Below the pieces are notes generated by a model. It saw only the letters and a program-made list of their open reading frames with translations, searched no databases and was not told the origin of the DNA. This document shows, piece after piece, positions 62,679 through 64,000 of a stretch of 64,000 nt of DNA. The stretch comes from Candidatus Omnitrophota bacterium (lineage in GTDB: Bacteria; Omnitrophota; Gorgyraeia; 2-01-FULL-45-10). The stretch spans positions 118,814 through 182,813 of the forward strand of contig JAUYOL010000036.1 of NCBI GenBank assembly GCA_030695905.1, given 5' to 3'. Position 1 is the stretch's first letter; each line of letters begins with the position of its first letter. A program made the position numbers and the translations under genes.

Positions 62679-64000
62679 CTAAAGGTTCTGAATTTTTGAT
62701 ATACGCCTCATAATCGCGTTACGGAACAACCTGTTAATCCCGAGTTTCGAGAATAGCACCGCCTTCTGCCCGCCCATCCACGAGATCTCAAGATTAAAAA
62801 CTTCATAACATATGACCCGGTATCTGTAGATCTTCATCAGGGCCTTCATGAGCCGCGGATACATCTTCTGTTTTACAGTAGCCGGATAAATATCTTTAAG
62901 CAACCTGTCAAAAACCTTGCGTGGAAGCTTAACAAAAACAAGCATCACGATCAAGATGTTGGCGAGCGTAGGGGCCAGACAGTGAAAGCTGGAGTTAATA
63001 TCAGGGATCGATATGCCTCGCTCTTTCAGATCGGCAGCAAGCTGCGTATTCGGTATCACCCTTAAGGAAAAGAGATACAACGTAAAAGGCCTTGGCAGGC
63101 CATAGACCAATTCCAAGGTACGTATTATATCATCCCGTGTCTCTATCGGATTATCCAGTATGATGTCGTAGTTTGGTGGTACCATATACGAAGAATATCT
63201 GCCTATAATTTTTGTCGCATCCTGAATGAGGCCCGGCCTGTTAGGCCGTTGATAAAATTTCAGGATATCATCGCTGCCGCTTTGTATGCCCATACGCATC
63301 CGCACAAGCCCCGCCCGTACAAGAATGCTTATCTTCTCTTCGTTCACATACGCGGGTATTATGCCGCCGACCGCGAAAGGCATATTTACTTCTTTTTTCC
63401 ACAGCTCCGCAAATTCCTTCAATATGTTAAGAGGTATCGACATAAACCCGTCATCTACAAAAGTCACAGCCGAAAGATACGGATATTTACTTAATACATT
63501 CTTTATCTCATCGATAATATAGCGCGCTGAAGGGTATCTTATCCTGCCGTATGTAGGGTCATTTTTGATAAATTTCGAGTTGCTGCAATAAGTGCATTTG
63601 TTCGGGCAACCGATAGACCATATAGTTGTATAGAATAGCCCTTTTGCTTTAATGAAATCCTCGCCCCGGAATGGGATAAAACCCCTGCCGGAAACAAATA
63701 ACAACTCGTCGTCCATAAATAAATGGAACGGGAATCCGGACATCTCCTGGGGCGTGTTAAGAGGAAGAAACCCGTTCTTTATTACCACCTCTCCATCCCT
63801 AAACCAAAAATTTCCGATCGAACGGTATGAGCTGCCCTGCTCAATCGTTGATAGCAGCCGCAGAAACACTTTCTCGCCTTCGCCGACACAAACCGCATCG
63901 GCGTGCTTGATCACGTCTTCAGGGCACAGTATCGCATGGACGCCGCCCCAAATGATAAAAAGGCTTGGATTCAAGGTCTTTGCCGCAGCAATAACATTCT
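62679..64000 (-). CDS. Cobalamin-binding (class B) radical SAM enzyme, N-terminus off the right window edge
   Basis: IGCPNKCTYCSNS carries CxxxCxxC. IIWGGVHAILCPE is the end of the B12 domain. The frame stays open from the track start (TTG at 63974) to position 64000, and the upstream residues (NVIAAAKTLNPSLF) still look like B12 domain. Confidence 0.7.
   Translation of the reverse strand, partial: NVIAAAKTLNPSLFIIWGGVHAILCPEDVIKHADAVCVGEGEKVFLRLLSTIEQGSSYRSIGNFWFRDGEVVIKNGFLPLNTPQEMSGFPFHLFMDDELLFVSGRGFIPFRGEDFIKAKGLFYTTIWSIGCPNKCTYCSNSKFIKNDPTYGRIRYPSARYIIDEIKNVLSKYPYLSAVTFVDDGFMSIPLNILKEFAELWKKEVNMPFAVGGIIPAYVNEEKISILVRAGLVRMRMGIQSGSDDILKFYQRPNRPGLIQDATKIIGRYSSYMVPPNYDIILDNPIETRDDIIRTLELVYGLPRPFTLYLFSLRVIPNTQLAADLKERGISIPDINSSFHCLAPTLANILIVMLVFVKLPRKVFDRLLKDIYPATVKQKMYPRLMKALMKIYRYRVICYEVFNLEISWMGGQKAVLFSKLGINRLFRNAIMRRISKIQNL

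Overview
The whole 64 kb window is one densely packed block of about 56 genes, all on the minus strand. Gaps between genes are tiny and many stop/start codons overlap (ATGA/TAATG type), which is consistent with one or a few very long operons. I see no rRNA, tRNA, CRISPR, IS element or phage signal.

The content is a surface-glycan biosynthesis and modification supercluster. Its ordinary parts are:
- an initiating undecaprenyl-phosphate (Und-P) sugar phosphotransferase and a CapD/PglF-like dehydratase
- two DegT-family aminotransferases and a hexapeptide acetyltransferase
- Wzx-like flippase, Wzy/ligase-like membrane proteins, three GT4 and four GT2 glycosyltransferases
- an Und-P-sugar synthase (GtrB/ArnC-like) with a GT39/83-like GT-C transferase
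- a NeuB-NeuC-NeuA-like nonulosonic-acid module with a WbuX/PseA-like N-acetyl sugar amidotransferase
- CDP-glucose 4,6-dehydratase, an FdtA-like cupin, GDP-L-fucose synthase, two AsnB-like amidotransferases, several SDR/epimerases, and a split transketolase pair

The unusual part is the modification machinery. There are 11 radical SAM enzymes: 7 cobalamin-binding (class B) and 4 smaller ones with Cys-rich SPASM/twitch-like C-termini. Nine class-I methyltransferase genes are interleaved among them. The cluster also carries a papain-like peptidase with no signal peptide or prodomain, an APH/ChoK-fold kinase and a TagF-like transferase. This radical-SAM/methyltransferase-saturated glycan cluster is the candidate novel system.

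All assignments rest on motifs read from the translated ORFs, with no database search. The plus-strand ORFs in the track are antisense artefacts.
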